DNA of 64,000 nucleotides from assembly GCA_963727895.1 (NCBI GenBank), contig CAVSHT010000004.1, forward strand, positions 288,001 through 352,000. The letters are read 5' to 3'. This stretch comes from an uncultured Methanosarcinaceae archaeon. GTDB lineage: Archaea > Halobacteriota > Methanosarcinia > Methanosarcinales > Methanosarcinaceae. The position numbers were made by a program, and so were the translations under genes. Below the pieces are notes generated by a model. That model had not been told where the DNA came from and made no database searches. It saw only the letters and a program-made list of their open reading frames with translations. Positions 33,860-45,659 of this stretch are shown here, in pieces (the stretch's first letter is position 1; each line of letters begins with the position of its first letter).

Positions 33860-36288
33860 TCAGCTACTCTGGTCCATTATTTTATAATACTTCACTTTCA
33901 GAAAATCGGTTATAACAAAAGCCACAAGTGCATAGATCCAGACAAAACCTGCCAGCTTCCATCCTATAGCAGATATATATAATCCGTACACTTCAACGAG
34001 TGTTGCCAGAATTTTTGTAATCACTGCAGCCCAAAAGAGAAGTTTTCCCGGGGGAGGAGACCAGAAGTGCCCACGATTGCGAGCAACAAATGTGGTCAGA
34101 TGCCCAGCTATTGCAAGTTTCAGGAAAATAAAAGACTGCAGTATATCAGGACTGAGATGAAGAACCCTGGCTCCGATATAGTATATTAAGAATGAAGCAA
34201 TCACACCTATGATTCCCAGAAATGTGGATATCCTCAGGACTTCTCGCATGTTCCATTTTTCTGGTTTTTGAGAATAATGCACATTATCATATGCAATAGC
34301 CATTATAGGAGCATCATTGAAAATTGCAAGCAAAACAATCATTACAGCGGTTACGGGATAAAAATTAAACACAATTATTGCAGTGGCAATGAAAAAAAGT
34401 ACCCGGACAGTTTCGGCAATTCTGTAGATGGAATAGCTCTTCATCCTCTGGAATATCTTGCGGCTTTCCTTTATTGCATTAATAATGACCGAAAGACCTG
34501 AAATTGTAAACACGATATCTGCAGCGGATTTTGCAGCATCTGTAGCCCCCGCAACAGCAATTCCCGCATCAGCCATTTTCAGGGCAGGGACATCGTTAAC
34601 TCCATCGCCTGTCATGCCGACAATATGTCCTTCTTTCAGAAGGAGTCCAACGATCCTGTATTTGTGTTCGGGAAATACCTGGGCAAACCCGTCTGCTTTC
34701 TCTACAACTTCCTTTGCTTCAGAATCAGATTTTTCTGTGAAATCGTCAGCTGTAATTATATTCGTGCCAAGGCCTACCTGTCTTGCTATCTCCCTGGCAA
34801 TGGCAATGTGGTCCCAGTTACCATTTTCACGTCTACATTTAAAGAATTTGCTGTCTTTATGGTATCAGCGGAATCTTCATGTGGTGGGTCATAAAGTCCA
34901 AAAAGTCCTGCAAACCTGTATTTTCCCTTTTCTTCCACACACATTCCAAGGGCACGATATCCTTTTGAAGCCAGAAAATCTACTTTTTCTTCTACTTTCT
35001 GCCTTATTTCCTCTTTATTGCTTGACATGTCCAGAATAACCTGGGGTGCACCTTTTGCAACTTTAAGCTCCCATCAGGCCCTTTAACTGTAGCCTCGGTG
35101 TGCTTTATGACGGGGTCAAATGGCGTGAACTCCTTGACTTTATAAGTACCTATTTTTTCTTTAATTGATCCTTCAGCCTTTGCCTTCTGGAGGATTGCAT
35201 TATCAATCGGGTCATTATCTTCTTCCCTTGAAGCCAGCGAACCGTAGATCAGAAAGTCGTTTTCGTTAAAGTCTCCGAGAGGTACGAATTCGGACAATTT
35301 TAATTTGTTCTGGGTAATTGTACCGGTTTTGTCTGAACATAGAACGTCCATTCCGGCCATTTCCTCTATAGAGACCAGTTTACTGACAATGGCTCCTTTT
35401 TTTGCGAGTTCAGTGGCGCCCACGGCCATTGAAAGGGACATTACAGCAGGAAGGGCTGCAGGAATTGCAGCTACTATCAACACAAGAGCAAACTGGAGAG
35501 TTTCCAGAAAAGGAGTGTGCCTGAAAAGTTATTCAATAACTAAAACAATTGCAACAATAAAACCTGCAAGGACAATCAGGTAGTTTCCTATTTTGAGGAC
35601 AGCTTTTTGAAAATGGCTCCTTGTCCTAATCTCAGCTACCAGTTTTGTTGTCTCGCCAAAATAGGTATTCATTCCAGTAGCCACAACCAGAGCATTCATT
35701 TCTCCTTTCTGGATAACGGATCCTGAATAAGCAATGCCATCATATTTTTTTTCTACAGGCAAGGATTCTCCAGTAAGGGCTGATTCGTCTACCTGCAGAT
35801 ATTCTCCTTCTATAAGCTTAAGGTCGGCAGGCACAATATCTCCTGAACGTACACGGACAACATCCCGTGGGACAAGTTCCCTTGCAGGTATTTAGGTCCA
35901 TTGCCCTCCTCTAAGTACTCTGGCATTCAGAGCCATTTTCTGCTTAAGGAGTTCAATTGCGTTGTCAGCTTTGTGTTCCTGCCAGAATCCCACAACTCCA
36001 TTTAAGATAAGAAGCAAGGAGATGATCACAAAATCTTCCCAGCGCTGGATAATTCCTGAAATTATAGCTGCCACTTCGATCATCCAGGGAATTGGGCCCC
36101 AAAAATAACTTAAAAATTTTTTAAGTGGACTAACCTTTTTTCGGAAATTTCATTATAACCATACTGCTTAATCCGGCTCTCAGCTTCAGATGAAAAAAGT
36201 CCCTTATTACTTGAATCAAGTTTTTTCAGGACTTCATCTGCAGGTAACTCTTTTATTTCATCAACTTTGAGCTTCACATTTTCCTTTA
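33860..36288 (-). pseudogene. Plasma-membrane-type (P3A) H+-transporting P-type ATPase, multiply disrupted
   Basis: TGES, CSDKTGT and TGDGVNDVPALK in separate ORF pieces; at least three frameshifts and two TAA stops. Confidence 0.9.
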
Positions 36289-36330
36289 TGAATAAACCCC
36301 CACAGCCATGATTTTTCCCAATATCTTTTT

Positions 36331-37088
36331 GGTATTGTTATCTAAATATATCTAGTTCTTTATTTCTGTATTTCATCAATAGAATAACCGAGTACTTTAG
36401 CATTTCAAGACTTTTTGTATAACACTTTGTCTTTCTTCTCAACCTTGCCAAAAAGTGCCTCAATATGCTGTTATATCCTTCAACTGTAAATGTTTCTGCT
36501 TTTGATTGAGTATGGATCTTTTCTGGAAAAAACTCTGCATATGCTCTCCAGTGATCTGTCATCACTTCTCCAATCTCTTTTTTCTTCACTTTTTCCCAGA
36601 GTAGTTTTCCAGTTTCCGTTCCTCTGCTACCAAAAGAGCAGTTGATGAACTTTTTCCCATCTCTATCAACAGCAATCCAGATCCAGCAATATTTTTTTTG
36701 TTACCGATGTGAGTGTGCATTTTATCCATTTCAACAATAGATATCTCATTTTCACTTTTTAGGTCCTCTAACTCCTGACCAAATTTCTTTATCCATCTTT
36801 GGACAGAAACATGACTCACCCCTAAAAATCGTCCTATTGAACGAAAGCCTAATCCTTCAAGGTAAAGTTGTAAAGCCTGTTTTTTAACAGAGGCAGAAAA
36901 AGCAGTTGATTTTAGCTCTACTGTATAGTTATATCCACAATTATGGCATTTGTGGCGTTGACGACCACCAACTATACCGTTCTCACCAACTATACCATTC
37001 TTTTTGTGATTAGAACTATTACATTTTGGGCAGTTCATGAAGAAATATGTGTTATAAGCACATATATCTATTTTTGTTTACCAATGCC
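36331..37088 (-). mobile_element. IS1-family element, 758 bp, with 18-bp internal duplication
   Basis: Terminal IRs; GIVGENGIVG; flanks ATCTTTTT/AAAAATTT do not match (no TSD). Confidence 0.95.
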
Positions 37089-37357
37089 AAAAATTTTAGT
37101 AAATTTTAAAATAATATATTATCAATAAATTTTAAAATAATATCTCATTTTTTCAGTCATAAAAAATCTATAAACAATATCAAATTCCGATTTATATATT
37201 GAAGCTGAAAAATAAAAATATATAACATAATTTCATTATTAAATAGGAAGCTCTAGTCCACCTATACTGTAAATGATTGATCTGTGAAAGATTGACCGTG
37301 AAATTAAACCTTTTAATAGTCTTTATTTCCCTGTTTTCTTCAAAACTATTTGCAGTA

Positions 37358-38347
37358 TTATTTAGGACATTGTGTCCCAGGACATTCACGGATATACTGC
37401 AGAACATCTCTCATTTTTGCACTTGCCATTGATACAGATGTATCTGCACTACCGTAATAAATGCGAAGTTCATCTTCAACTACAACCCATCCACAGGGAA
37501 AAACAATATCATTAACGTCTCCACTACGTTCATACATTTCACGAGGCCCGAAAATCCATCCCTCTGACCTGTGGAGCACTTTTCTTGGATTTTCAAGGTC
37601 AAGAAGAGCTAGTCCTACCCGATAACTCGTTTTAGCTGTTGTTCTGCGTGCTCCATAGTACATAATTAACCACCCATCAGGTGTTTGGATTGGATGAGGA
37701 GACAATCCTATCTTGTCTGCATCCCACCATCCTCCATCTCTAGAATACAGAAGAACCTGATGGCTTCCCCAATGTTTCATATCAGGTGAAAAAGATATCC
37801 AGATATTTATTTTTGTACCATACATGCAGGATACAGGTCTGTGTAACATTGCCCATCTGCCATTAAACCTTACAGGAAAAAGAGCAGAATCCTTATTTTC
37901 AGGAGGTAGTGTAGCACCCATTCGATCAAAATTCCGGAAGTCTTCTGTAAAGGCAAGTGAAGTTAAGGGTCCAGAAGCTGAAAATGCCGTGTATGTTACA
38001 GCCCATTTTTCCAGCTCATCTATGTAGGTTATACGCGGATCTTCGATACCGTATATCTCTTCAGGATAATTTATGGAATCCGGAGCAAAAGTTGGTTCAG
38101 AATCAATTTCCCAACCATCAATCCCGTTCTTACTCCTGGCTACCGTAAGGTGAGAAAAGCCCCTGTGATCTTCAACCCTGACAAGCAGCAGAGTTTTCCC
38201 ATCGACTATAGCAGCTGCAGGGTTAAAAACTGAATTTGCCTTGTAAGGCCAATTGTCAACGGTAAGTATAGGATTTTTTTTGCATCTTACAAATAGTTCC
38301 CCCTGTTCTTCCCATGTCATATTATCCCCTCTATCGAGCAATTTCAT
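37358..38347 (-). CDS. GH130-like glycosidase/phosphorylase
   Basis: VFNPAA, GIEDPR, NKD..LFP, HRP, VFPCG, YYGSADT; start may be 38320. Confidence 0.87.
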   Translation of the reverse strand: MKLLDRGDNMTWEEQGELFVRCKKNPILTVDNWPYKANSVFNPAAAIVDGKTLLLVRVEDHRGFSHLTVARSKNGIDGWEIDSEPTFAPDSINYPEEIYGIEDPRITYIDELEKWAVTYTAFSASGPLTSLAFTEDFRNFDRMGATLPPENKDSALFPVRFNGRWAMLHRPVSCMYGTKINIWISFSPDMKHWGSHQVLLYSRDGGWWDADKIGLSPHPIQTPDGWLIMYYGARRTTAKTSYRVGLALLDLENPRKVLHRSEGWIFGPREMYERSGDVNDIVFPCGWVVVEDELRIYYGSADTSVSMASAKMRDVLQYIRECPGTQCPK

Positions 38348-38396
38348 TTAAACAGTGCTAATTTCTCCAACAGAAATTTCTAACTTACTTATGCTC

Positions 38397-38600
38397 TTAT
38401 TCATAAGGCACCGAGAACTTTGATTCAACTGAATCCCTATAAAATATATTGTATGTGCAAAAAGGAATTATTCTACCATCTGATGTGGCATAATGTACCC
38501 CGCATTTTTTGATTATTTTTAGATCTATGTTATACAAATCCTGAAAATGCAGTGTTCCAAAGAATAGTGTATTTCTGTAGTTAACTGTTAGAACTCTCAA
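38397..38600 (-). pseudogene. C-terminal remnant of an MJ0619/Tes-family radical SAM protein
   Basis: HFQDLYNIDL..IKKCGVHYATSDGRIIPFCTYN resembles that family's C-terminal motif; no N-terminal domain present. Confidence 0.65.
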
Positions 38601-38779
38601 CTCTAAAAAAGTATTAAATGTGGTCTTTTTTGCGTAAAACCTGAATATATAACTTTATTGAATATAGAACTTTATTGAATAAAGTCAACCAAAAACAAAG
38701 CTCGAAGCTTTCTAAGATGATATTTCGGATCATTCTCCATATCGAGACTTAGATATCCATGTCCTCTTTGTTAATGTTT

Positions 38780-39796
38780 TCATTTGTTACATAGTCCAAT
38801 AGCCTTATTTGTCTTATCAATTGACTTTGCACCTTCGCTTTCAAGTTCCATCATAGCCCTTATAGCGTCAACGTTTTCCGGAACTACAATAGACTCCTGA
38901 TGGACAGCATGGAAGAAGTAAATCTCTTTTTCAGTCACTGTAACGGATTCGGGCCAGATACAGAGCTCCCACATATCATTTCTTGGGCGTCTAATATCTC
39001 TAGCAAATTCAATTATTTCGGCTGTTGAAGTAATTCCCTGTCCTACTAAACGGATCCTGGACTGAGAACCAAAAATACTCCGAACGTCTTCTGCAGTGCA
39101 GTCCTTATTGACTTCCATATTTACAGTGTGCACATGCATAAGGGTCGTCGGGACTTTTATAGCTGCAGTTGTTATGTTTATGTGAGGGAGAACACTCCTG
39201 ACATCCGGTCCGTGGTGAGACGGAAGCTTTATCGGGTTAAGTATGATTGCATTAACAGGGCCCTTTTTAATTTCATTGGGATCAACTGCTCTTCTTGTAA
39301 GACTTACTCTTACTTTTTTTACTTCCAACTCCTTGTCTAGCGGATAAATAGCCCTGCAAAGTGCTGTAGTATTACATGAAACAACTCTTACCAGATCGTG
39401 TCCCAAAGCCTGTTCGTAATTACTCTCTGCATTAAAGGAAAAGCCTGCAAGTGGATGGCTTTCGCCTCCCTGCCAGATTGCCTTTATTCCAGCCTTTTCA
39501 TAAAGTGGCTTATTTTTTTCCCCAACTCCCCCTGGAGTGCAGTCCACAACAAGATCAGCCTTTTCGACCATTTCTTCAATTGTTCCGGCTGTTTGCATTC
39601 CTTCTTTCTCAAAAGCTTCAGTGTTCTCAGCAGGAGCATATATATCGTATCCAAGTTTATGTGCCACTGCAGCCTCATAATTTGGCTTTGTCTTGGAAAC
39701 CCCAACAACTTCCATGTCGTCCTGAGCCTTAACGGCATCTGCAACCCTTTTTCCTATAGTTCCGTAACCATTTATCGCAATCTTTGCTTTAGCCAT
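38780..39796 (-). CDS. gap: Archaeal type II glyceraldehyde-3-phosphate dehydrogenase
   Basis: INGYGTIGKRVADAV, VVSCNTT, HQESIVVPENVDAIRAM. Confidence 0.95.
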   Translation of the reverse strand: MAKAKIAINGYGTIGKRVADAVKAQDDMEVVGVSKTKPNYEAAVAHKLGYDIYAPAENTEAFEKEGMQTAGTIEEMVEKADLVVDCTPGGVGEKNKPLYEKAGIKAIWQGGESHPLAGFSFNAESNYEQALGHDLVRVVSCNTTALCRAIYPLDKELEVKKVRVSLTRRAVDPNEIKKGPVNAIILNPIKLPSHHGPDVRSVLPHINITTAAIKVPTTLMHVHTVNMEVNKDCTAEDVRSIFGSQSRIRLVGQGITSTAEIIEFARDIRRPRNDMWELCIWPESVTVTEKEIYFFHAVHQESIVVPENVDAIRAMMELESEGAKSIDKTNKAIGLCNK

Positions 39797-39827
39797 TGTT
39801 ATCCTATCCTTTTATTTTCTATATCTT

Positions 39828-39942
39828 AGGATTTACGCGCTTAAAGTCCAAAATCAGGTACATTCGATGTGATGGTTCAGTTTACTTCTCAGACTGTTAA
39901 AGGTTAACAACATTGATTTCTCAGTTTAACTGCATAATTCCT
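39828..39942. mobile_element. Degenerate MITE-like element (AGGACTTACGCA-type ends)
   Basis: AGGATTTACGC...TGCATAATTCCT imperfect TIR; same end type as 40655-40760. Confidence 0.5.
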
Positions 39943-39969
39943 GCATTCAATTCCAGATAATTCTTATTA

Positions 39970-40061
39970 GAGACCTATCCGTGAGATTTCGTGGCATATT
40001 CTGTAACCATAAAACAGACTATAACTTTTCAACTGGTAGTTTTGACTTTTCGGACAGACTC
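39970..40061. mobile_element. Degenerate MITE-like element (GAGYCTRTCC-type ends)
   Basis: GAGACCTATCCG...CGGACAGACTC. Confidence 0.45.
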
Positions 40062-40062
40062 A

Positions 40063-40611
40063 TTATTCAAACGCTGTAAATTTTTCTTTCAATGCACCAC
40101 ATATAGGGCATACATCAGGTGCATCTCCTTCAAGGGTATATCCGCATACCTCGCAAACCTGAACAGGGCCCAGTTCTACGTCTTTTCCTGAATTCACCGA
40201 GTCTAATGCTTTTTCATAAAGTATTTTATGCATTTTTTCAGTACCCCAGGACCATTCAAAACTTCTTTGTGCGCCTTTTTCTTCCTGGAATTTGGCAACT
40301 TCAATGTATGTTGGATACATTTCTTCAATCTCGTATGTTTCACCGGCAATGGCAAGTTTAAGGTTTTTCCTGGTATCTCCAGGACCAAAAGCTGCCATGC
40401 TATTTGCGACAAATCCTCCATCAAGGTGTTTTAACTCTCGAAAGTGGTCTCCTGCATGTATATATTCAGCGTGAGCAATTGCACTAAACAGTCGAGCCAC
40501 ATTACTATATTTTTCGTTTTCAGCCTGATTTGCAAAATGTGCATACCTCATATATGCCTGACTTTCTCCCCCAAATGCATTGATGAGATTCTGTTGTGTA
40601 GTCATCCTCAT
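40063..40611 (-). CDS. rbr: Rubrerythrin
   Basis: AFGGES, E..H diiron ligands, C-terminal CEVCG...CPICG. Confidence 0.92.
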   Translation of the reverse strand: MRMTTQQNLINAFGGESQAYMRYAHFANQAENEKYSNVARLFSAIAHAEYIHAGDHFRELKHLDGGFVANSMAAFGPGDTRKNLKLAIAGETYEIEEMYPTYIEVAKFQEEKGAQRSFEWSWGTEKMHKILYEKALDSVNSGKDVELGPVQVCEVCGYTLEGDAPDVCPICGALKEKFTAFE

Positions 40612-40654
40612 TTGAAGCCCCCCGTTTCAATAAATCTAATCGTTTCGTGTCTTT

Positions 40655-40760
40655 AGGACTTGAGAATTTTAGAGCAAAAAAGCATGAGTAAGCTGTTACA
40701 ATACTACAACTAAAAAATTTCAATCTCATGCTATTTATTTTAGTTTACTGCGTAAGTCCT
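40655..40760. mobile_element. MITE-like element (AGGACTT...CGTAAGTCCT)
   Basis: Terminal IR plus internal IR AGCATGAG/CTCATGCT. Confidence 0.5.
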
Positions 40761-41012
40761 GAGTCATATTATTTAGATTTAAATATAATTAAATAAAATG
40801 TCATAGAATACAAAGCCTTTTGCATCGGTTAATTGTCTTAAAAGTAGTAATCAAGGAATTCTTTGTGAATATAGAAATTGATTAACGCAGTTAAATTGAA
40901 AAATAATAGCACAAAATTTCAAACTGCTTGAATTGGTATCTATAACTGACTTTTTCGGGTTCACCTACAGAGCGAATAAATAACTTAAAGCTAGTGTTGG
41001 TATGGCGATAGT

Positions 41013-41585
41013 ATGAAGGAATTAACTATTGATAAAGCCAAAATAGCTCTTGTGGTTATAGACTTACAGAAAGGAATAGTTTCTCAAGCAACAAAGCCCT
41101 ATCTTGCACAGGACGTTATAAAAAATGCCGCAAAACTCGTGAATACATTTAGGAAAAATGATATGCCTGTATTCCTTGTGCATGTTATAATTACAAAAGA
41201 AACAATGATCAATGTTTTAAGCGATGAATCATTTTTGAGTTCCTCAGCCCCGTCTCCTGACTGGTCTGAATTTGTGCCTGAAATGTCTCCTACTTCAAAG
41301 GATATTGTTATATCCAAAAAACAATGGGGAGCATTTTATGGAACAGACCTGGAACTCCAGTTACGCAGGCGTGGAATGAATACAATTGTGCTCTGTGGAA
41401 TTTCAACCGACTTTGGCGTTGAGAGTACAGCACGTTTTGCCTACGAGTACGGTTTCCAACAAATTTTTGCTGAAGATGCTATGGCTGCCAGATCTGAGGA
41501 ACAACATAATGCAGCTATAAACTTTATATTCAAAAGAATAGGCAGGGTAAGGAAAACGGATGAAATCCTTAAAGCTCTGCAATAA
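41013..41585 (+). CDS. Isochorismatase/cysteine-hydrolase family protein
   Basis: VIDLQ, KKQWGAFYGTDLE, GISTDFGVESTAR. Confidence 0.9.
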   Translation: MKELTIDKAKIALVVIDLQKGIVSQATKPYLAQDVIKNAAKLVNTFRKNDMPVFLVHVIITKETMINVLSDESFLSSSAPSPDWSEFVPEMSPTSKDIVISKKQWGAFYGTDLELQLRRRGMNTIVLCGISTDFGVESTARFAYEYGFQQIFAEDAMAARSEEQHNAAINFIFKRIGRVRKTDEILKALQ

Positions 41586-41729
41586 AGGTTTACTTGTATT
41601 AAATTTGATAGCCAATTATTCATATTAATAATTTTATACCAGATGCTAGCACTAATGAAATGTTTAACAGAATAAGGAATCAGATCACAGTTTTTTCATT
41701 ACCTTAAAATATTCAAGAAGGCGAATATA

Positions 41730-42545
41730 ATGAGTGAAATTGACTGGGATACCCCAGAAAATGCTGAAAATTATGATCAAAATTGCGATCACCAGTTTCA
41801 GAAAGGTCAAACACTGATAGAAATGATGAGAATAAAGAGCGGAGATTCTGTACTTGATATAGGCTGCGGAACAGGATGGCAGGCTGCAAATGTCTCGAGA
41901 CTTATTGGGCCACCCGGCAAGCTTATATGTATCGATCCTTCCTCGTATCGTATAGAACTTGCACGGAAAAAGTTTGGCGTTGATTCTCTCAATAGTGTCC
42001 TTTTTCTTGTAGGACAGGCTGAAGATCTTAGTGAAATACCTGACAACTCAATCAAACATGCTTATTTCTGTTCTTCATTCCACTGGATTGATGACAAGAG
42101 AACCGCTCTCAGTGAAACATATAGAGTGCTTCAATCAGGGGGCAGTGTAGGAATGACAACGCTTGATAGAGACAGTCCTGATATGATGAAAATGCTTATA
42201 GATCCTATTTTGGCAAAATATAACATTACAAGGAATTATGAATTACATAGGGGAATAAGTAGAGTCAATGCACAGGAACTCCATAATCTTCTGTCGGAAG
42301 CCGGTTTTACCTTTATTTCAATTGAACCAAAAACGATTCCAAGACATTATCGTTTACCTGAAGAATTTTTGAAAAACCTGGAAGAAAGGAATAGTATGAG
42401 GAGTTTGTTGAAAGATATCCCAGAAGAAATTAAGGAAAAGATTAAACAGGATATTTACGAAGAACTCGCTAAGATCCAAAAACCGGTCTTTGCTGAGTTT
42501 GGAATTGTTACATTGTTCGCAATTGCAAAAAAATCACAAGAGTAA
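41730..42545 (+). CDS. Class I SAM-dependent methyltransferase
   Basis: VLDIGCGTG, FHWI. Confidence 0.88.
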   Translation: MSEIDWDTPENAENYDQNCDHQFQKGQTLIEMMRIKSGDSVLDIGCGTGWQAANVSRLIGPPGKLICIDPSSYRIELARKKFGVDSLNSVLFLVGQAEDLSEIPDNSIKHAYFCSSFHWIDDKRTALSETYRVLQSGGSVGMTTLDRDSPDMMKMLIDPILAKYNITRNYELHRGISRVNAQELHNLLSEAGFTFISIEPKTIPRHYRLPEEFLKNLEERNSMRSLLKDIPEEIKEKIKQDIYEELAKIQKPVFAEFGIVTLFAIAKKSQE

Positions 42546-42862
42546 CATTTATAGAAAATATATATCTGAAATAATTATTTTATACGGCAAGGCTAATTCC
42601 AAACCTTTCCAATTTTGTATTTTGTTATTTTCTTTTCTGTTGTGGATCATTTTTGAAAGATGAAGGAAAAAGAAAACGATGAACTATAATAAAGCAAGGT
42701 ACTTGTAATCATTTGACAAATAAGGTATTTGTAATAACTTTACAATGCAATAACTTTACAACTTTTTTTAATAATTTGTGTACACAACCAGAGAAAGATA
42801 AATATAAACTATTATCTAAGTGAAGGGAAAGTATCAAATACTCTTAACTTATCAGGGAAAGT

Positions 42863-43336
42863 ATGCTAGTTACTTCTTCTCGAAAACCCTCTCCAAAGAG
42901 CCGGGTACTTTGTAAGTTGCTTTCTCGGTTTATAAAAGGCAAGTATATACCACGTGGAAAGATGGGAATGCGGGAGCTCATGGAGTTTTCAGAGAATGAG
43001 TTTTTAATAGTTATAGGAGAGTATCACGGAAATCCAGGGGATCTCAGTTTTCATGATGAAACTGGAAAGCTTCTTTTTTCGCTAAGATTTACAGACTGGT
43101 ATTCGAAAGAACTGGATTCTTACTGGTTTCCGGATGTTGAGCCCGCACTTTCAGGTTCTGGAGATATTGCAGATGCCCTTGAGTCTTTTTTCCATTTTCA
43201 AAGAATTGAAAGCGATAAAATAGATCAACTTCCTGCCAATTCCACCTTAATAGTAATTGAGGAAAAAGATATTGATTTTATAGGAAATGGAAAGTCCCTT
43301 TTTAAACTTAATCTTCGAGGTTTTAAAAATTATTGA
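42863..43336 (+). CDS. Brix-domain rRNA maturation protein
   Basis: TSSRKPS, RGK, HGNP; adjacent to pcc1. Confidence 0.85.
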   Translation: MLVTSSRKPSPKSRVLCKLLSRFIKGKYIPRGKMGMRELMEFSENEFLIVIGEYHGNPGDLSFHDETGKLLFSLRFTDWYSKELDSYWFPDVEPALSGSGDIADALESFFHFQRIESDKIDQLPANSTLIVIEEKDIDFIGNGKSLFKLNLRGFKNY

Positions 43337-43450
43337 TTTATAAACCCTTTAAAACCGAATGTTATAAACCAATTTTTTAAAATTAATATTAAAATCAACT
43401 TCCAAAGCAAATTGTAAATTTATTATTTCTTATCCACTTCAAAAATAGGT

Positions 43451-43720
43451 TTGTTCAGGAGGAATTCTTTGAAACTTTTCGCAGAATTCATTTTTGAATC
43501 AGAAACTGCAGATACTATTTACAGAGCTCTTCTACCAGAGCTCGCTGATAATTTTTCAGACAGGTCGGCAATAGATCTGTCTCTGGAAGACACAAATAAG
43601 CTGATACTAGATGTAAAAGCTCAGGATGTGATTTCTCTTCGCTCAGCTTTAAATACATGGTTCAGGCTTATCCAGATTTCCCAAGAGGTCCTTGAAGCTA
43701 CAAATGAAGCAAGTTGTTAA
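43451..43720 (+). CDS. pcc1: KEOPS complex subunit Pcc1
   Basis: IY.AL.PE, A.D..SLRSALNTWFRL. Confidence 0.85.
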   Translation: MFRRNSLKLFAEFIFESETADTIYRALLPELADNFSDRSAIDLSLEDTNKLILDVKAQDVISLRSALNTWFRLIQISQEVLEATNEASC

Positions 43721-43847
43721 TCGTTCGAGTTCAGTATAGATAGAGGATTGACTAATGGAATGAAATTTACAGGTTATAAATTCTCAAGTAGATTTTTAAT
43801 TATCCTTTAAATAATAAGAACGAGAAAATTGAAACTGCTAGATCATG

Positions 43848-44704
43848 GGTTCCGTTGCAAAAAATCTTAGAATAAGCCTGTAAATCTATGAATAATGAAT
43901 AAAAGTTAAAATATTCAAAAAGATATGTCAATATTATAGAACTATTCCAAATAATTGATTAATATATTTAGCTTCATTAAAGCCAGAGTAATTTAAGTTC
44001 TTGATTTGTCCTTTTTTAATCATATTCATAGCTTCAATTCCTTTTAAAGTTTTAATGGCTGTATGAAAAGACTGAAATCCTAACATTGGATTAACTATTC
44101 GTTTAATGGATCTATGATCCTGTTCTATAATGTTATTCAAATATTTGATTTGTCGAATGCCTACGTTTATAGGTAGTATTTTATCATTTTTCAGTTTATC
44201 TATAGCAGGTGGATAAGCTGGATTTTTGTCAACTGTGATTACTCTTGGAATTTGATTATGATTAGAGTTCAAAGCTTTCTTAAAGAAACGTTTTGCTGCT
44301 TTTTTATTTCGTTTTGCACTTAACATGAAATCAATTGTATCTCCATTTGAGTCAACTGCTCGGTAAAAATATTTCCATTCACCTTTAACTCTGATATAAG
44401 TTTCATCAACTCTCCAAGAGTCGTTTGTTGGTCTTAAATGCCTTCTGACCTTCTTTTCGATTTCAGGTGAATATTGATGTACCCATCTCATAATGGTTGT
44501 ATGGTTGACTATTATCCCTCTTTCTGCCATCATTTCCTTTAAATTTCTATAACTAAGTGGGTATTTTAAGTACCATCTAACATTCAATAAAATAATTTCA
44601 CCAACAAAGTGCTTCCATTTAAAGGAATTAGATAGCATATCACTATCTTTGATTTCATTTTTATTTTAATTATATCCTTAGCAGATATTTTTTGCAACGG
44701 AACC
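43848..44704 (-). mobile_element. IS6-family element, 857 bp, intact 234-aa transposase (43934..44638)
   Basis: TIR GGTTCCGTTGCAAAAAAT; WRVDETY, TVDK, NNIIEQDHR. Confidence 0.96.
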
Positions 44705-45042
44705 GTTTTTCTGAAGACGTGCTTTCTAAAGATATACTTTTTAGATCTTTGCTTTTAAGTAGCTTTATTTCTTGAATTGTAGGCATGATACGTATTTACT
44801 TCCATTAAATATTCCTTTCTTATTTATATTTCTATTAATATTATATTTAATTAATACTAATGAGTAGTAATACAAATCGAAATTGAGACTTTCTGCAACT
44901 TCTGGGTTTTTGATTTCAGTCAATAGAAAGTAAGATAAATAGCAAAGTTTAGTGACTGCAGAAAAGTCAAAGTCTCTAAAAACAATCGATTGTATTATCA
45001 AAAACAAATTTTTGCTCAGTATTTATAAAAGGGGGTAGTTAA

Positions 45043-45279
45043 ATGCACGAAGAACAAGCGATGGAGCACACTTCAGGACATTGTAGGTTACCTATTGACG
45101 TGTTAAAAGAGTTAACTGCAGAACAAAAAAAGGAACTTGCAGTTATGTACATAGACATGAAAATATTATTTTTTGAAACGAGAATTAAAGACATGGAAAA
45201 TACTATTGAAATGAAAAAAAAGATAATAGCTAACTTGAAAAAAGCTCAAGATGTTCTGAAATATGGAAAGACCTATTGA
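45043..45279 (+). CDS. Small coiled-coil hypothetical protein
   Basis: ORF with upstream GGGGGT; charged helical composition. Confidence 0.55.
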   Translation: MHEEQAMEHTSGHCRLPIDVLKELTAEQKKELAVMYIDMKILFFETRIKDMENTIEMKKKIIANLKKAQDVLKYGKTY

Positions 45280-45389
45280 AATGAAAAAAAGTTATGTTGC
45301 AGTAAGAAATCTTAACCTAAGTTTGATCGAACCATACAATTAAAAAACGGATTAAAATTGTAGCATTGTAAATTAAAGGGAGTGGAAAA

Positions 45390-45659
45390 ATGATTAAACA
45401 AATATTTGGTAAAACAAAAAAGACATTAGCTATTTTACTGATAGTTTTATTCATTCTATCAGTAACAGCTACGGCAATAAATGCAAAAACGGACATGAAA
45501 ACTTCAGGGATTAAAGATGTAACTAAGACTACAATAGCAGGTAAAAATGCTACTGCAACTAAGACAACAATAGCAGGTAAAAATGCTACTGCAACTAAGA
45601 CTACAATAGCAGGTAAAAATGCTACTGCAACTAAAGTCACTGTGACTAAGAAAATCTAA
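45390..45659 (+). CDS. Small secreted Lys/Thr-rich protein with 3x12-aa repeat
   Basis: Signal-peptide-like N-terminus; 36-bp tandem repeat at 45522-45629. Confidence 0.7.
   Translation: MIKQIFGKTKKTLAILLIVLFILSVTATAINAKTDMKTSGIKDVTKTTIAGKNATATKTTIAGKNATATKTTIAGKNATATKVTVTKKI

Noticed and set aside
45317..45640. Minus-strand hydrophobic repeat ORF
   Set aside because: Antisense shadow of the 36-bp repeat in 45390..45659
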